A stretch of DNA of 64,000 nt from Alphaproteobacteria bacterium. GTDB taxonomy: Bacteria > Pseudomonadota > Alphaproteobacteria > SHVV01. The translations under genes were made by a program, and so were the position numbers. Positions 63,569-64,000 of the stretch are shown here, one piece after another. The notes beneath the pieces are model-generated. The model worked only from the letters and a program-made list of their open reading frames with translations. It was not told the origin of the DNA and made no database searches. The stretch lies in the NCBI GenBank assembly GCA_965261735.1, contig OZ253470.1, positions 2,336,001 to 2,400,000 of the forward strand. Direction: 5' to 3'. The stretch's first letter is position 1; the number at the start of each line of letters is the position of its first letter.

Positions 63569-64000
63569 TCAAGCGCCGCCGCGTGCGGCAAACGGCACCG
63601 CGTAGCCACCGATTGGGACGACCGCCCGGGCGATACCGCGCGCGCCCTGGATGAGGGCCGCGAAACGCTCGTCCTCGTCGGCGACGTAACCGGCGAGCTC
63701 GACGAGGCCCTTGCGCCGCGATGCGCGGCCCGCCATGGCGATCACGCGCGCCTCAAAACTGGCGCGGGCGAGCGCGGCCGACAACCTGGGTCGCGTCATC
63801 GTGGCAGCGCCGGTGACGATGCACAGGCTCACGTCCTCGCCCGTGGCACCGCGCTCGCACGGCGCCACCGCGAGCGCGGCCGGCCCGCGGCGGCCCGCCG
63901 CACGGTCGCAAAACGGCAGCCGCGCGAAGACGCGCACGCCGCCGCGCGCGAGGCCCGGCCACCACGGCGCCGCCTCGCGCCCGCGCGGCAGCGGCAGCAC
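63569..64000 (-). CDS. C-terminal part of the alphaproteobacterial chorismate mutase (runs off window end)
   Basis: LP.P....PWW, VFARLPF, IGGYAVP; usual position upstream of hisC. Confidence 0.7.
   Translation of the reverse strand: MLPLPRGREAAPWWPGLARGGVRVFARLPFCDRAAGRRGPAALAVAPCERGATGEDVSLCIVTGAATMTRPRLSAALARASFEARVIAMAGRASRRKGLVELAGYVADEDERFAALIQGARGIARAVVPIGGYAVPFAARGGA

Overview
GC-rich chromosomal segment of an alphaproteobacterium (gene content and order are Rhodospirillales-like). The backbone is housekeeping: mlaC/mlaA, sahR-metF-metH, 5-oxoprolinase, djlA-like, amidase, rnpB, pduO, etfBA-hbd, tlpA/argH-lptM-lysA-TIGR02302, CpdR2-like regulator, ftsEX-gmhB-ydcF, nrdJ, DUF2125, tyrA-hisC-chorismate mutase. 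It is interrupted by many IS elements (three IS1595 copies plus a 64-bp mini-derivative, IS256 and a remnant, ISKra4, IS3) and by at least eight pseudogenes. Main observations: (1) three housekeeping genes (pduO, tlpA, nrdJ) are each followed by one accessory gene and then by a displaced second copy of their own 3' end including the stop codon, with no integrase in the window. This is a recurrent 'tail-swap' gene-capture pattern. (2) The IS1595 transposase is flanked by an internal 18-bp direct repeat; collapsing it gives the architecture of the 64-bp promoter-carrying MITE at 59201-59264. (3) A split-beta, thiocyanate-hydrolase-like cobalt enzyme cluster sits opposite amidase, VOC and FAH genes. 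(4) A decayed islet after rnpB holds TIR-like and SPFH fragments. All calls were made by eye from motifs; no database searches were run.
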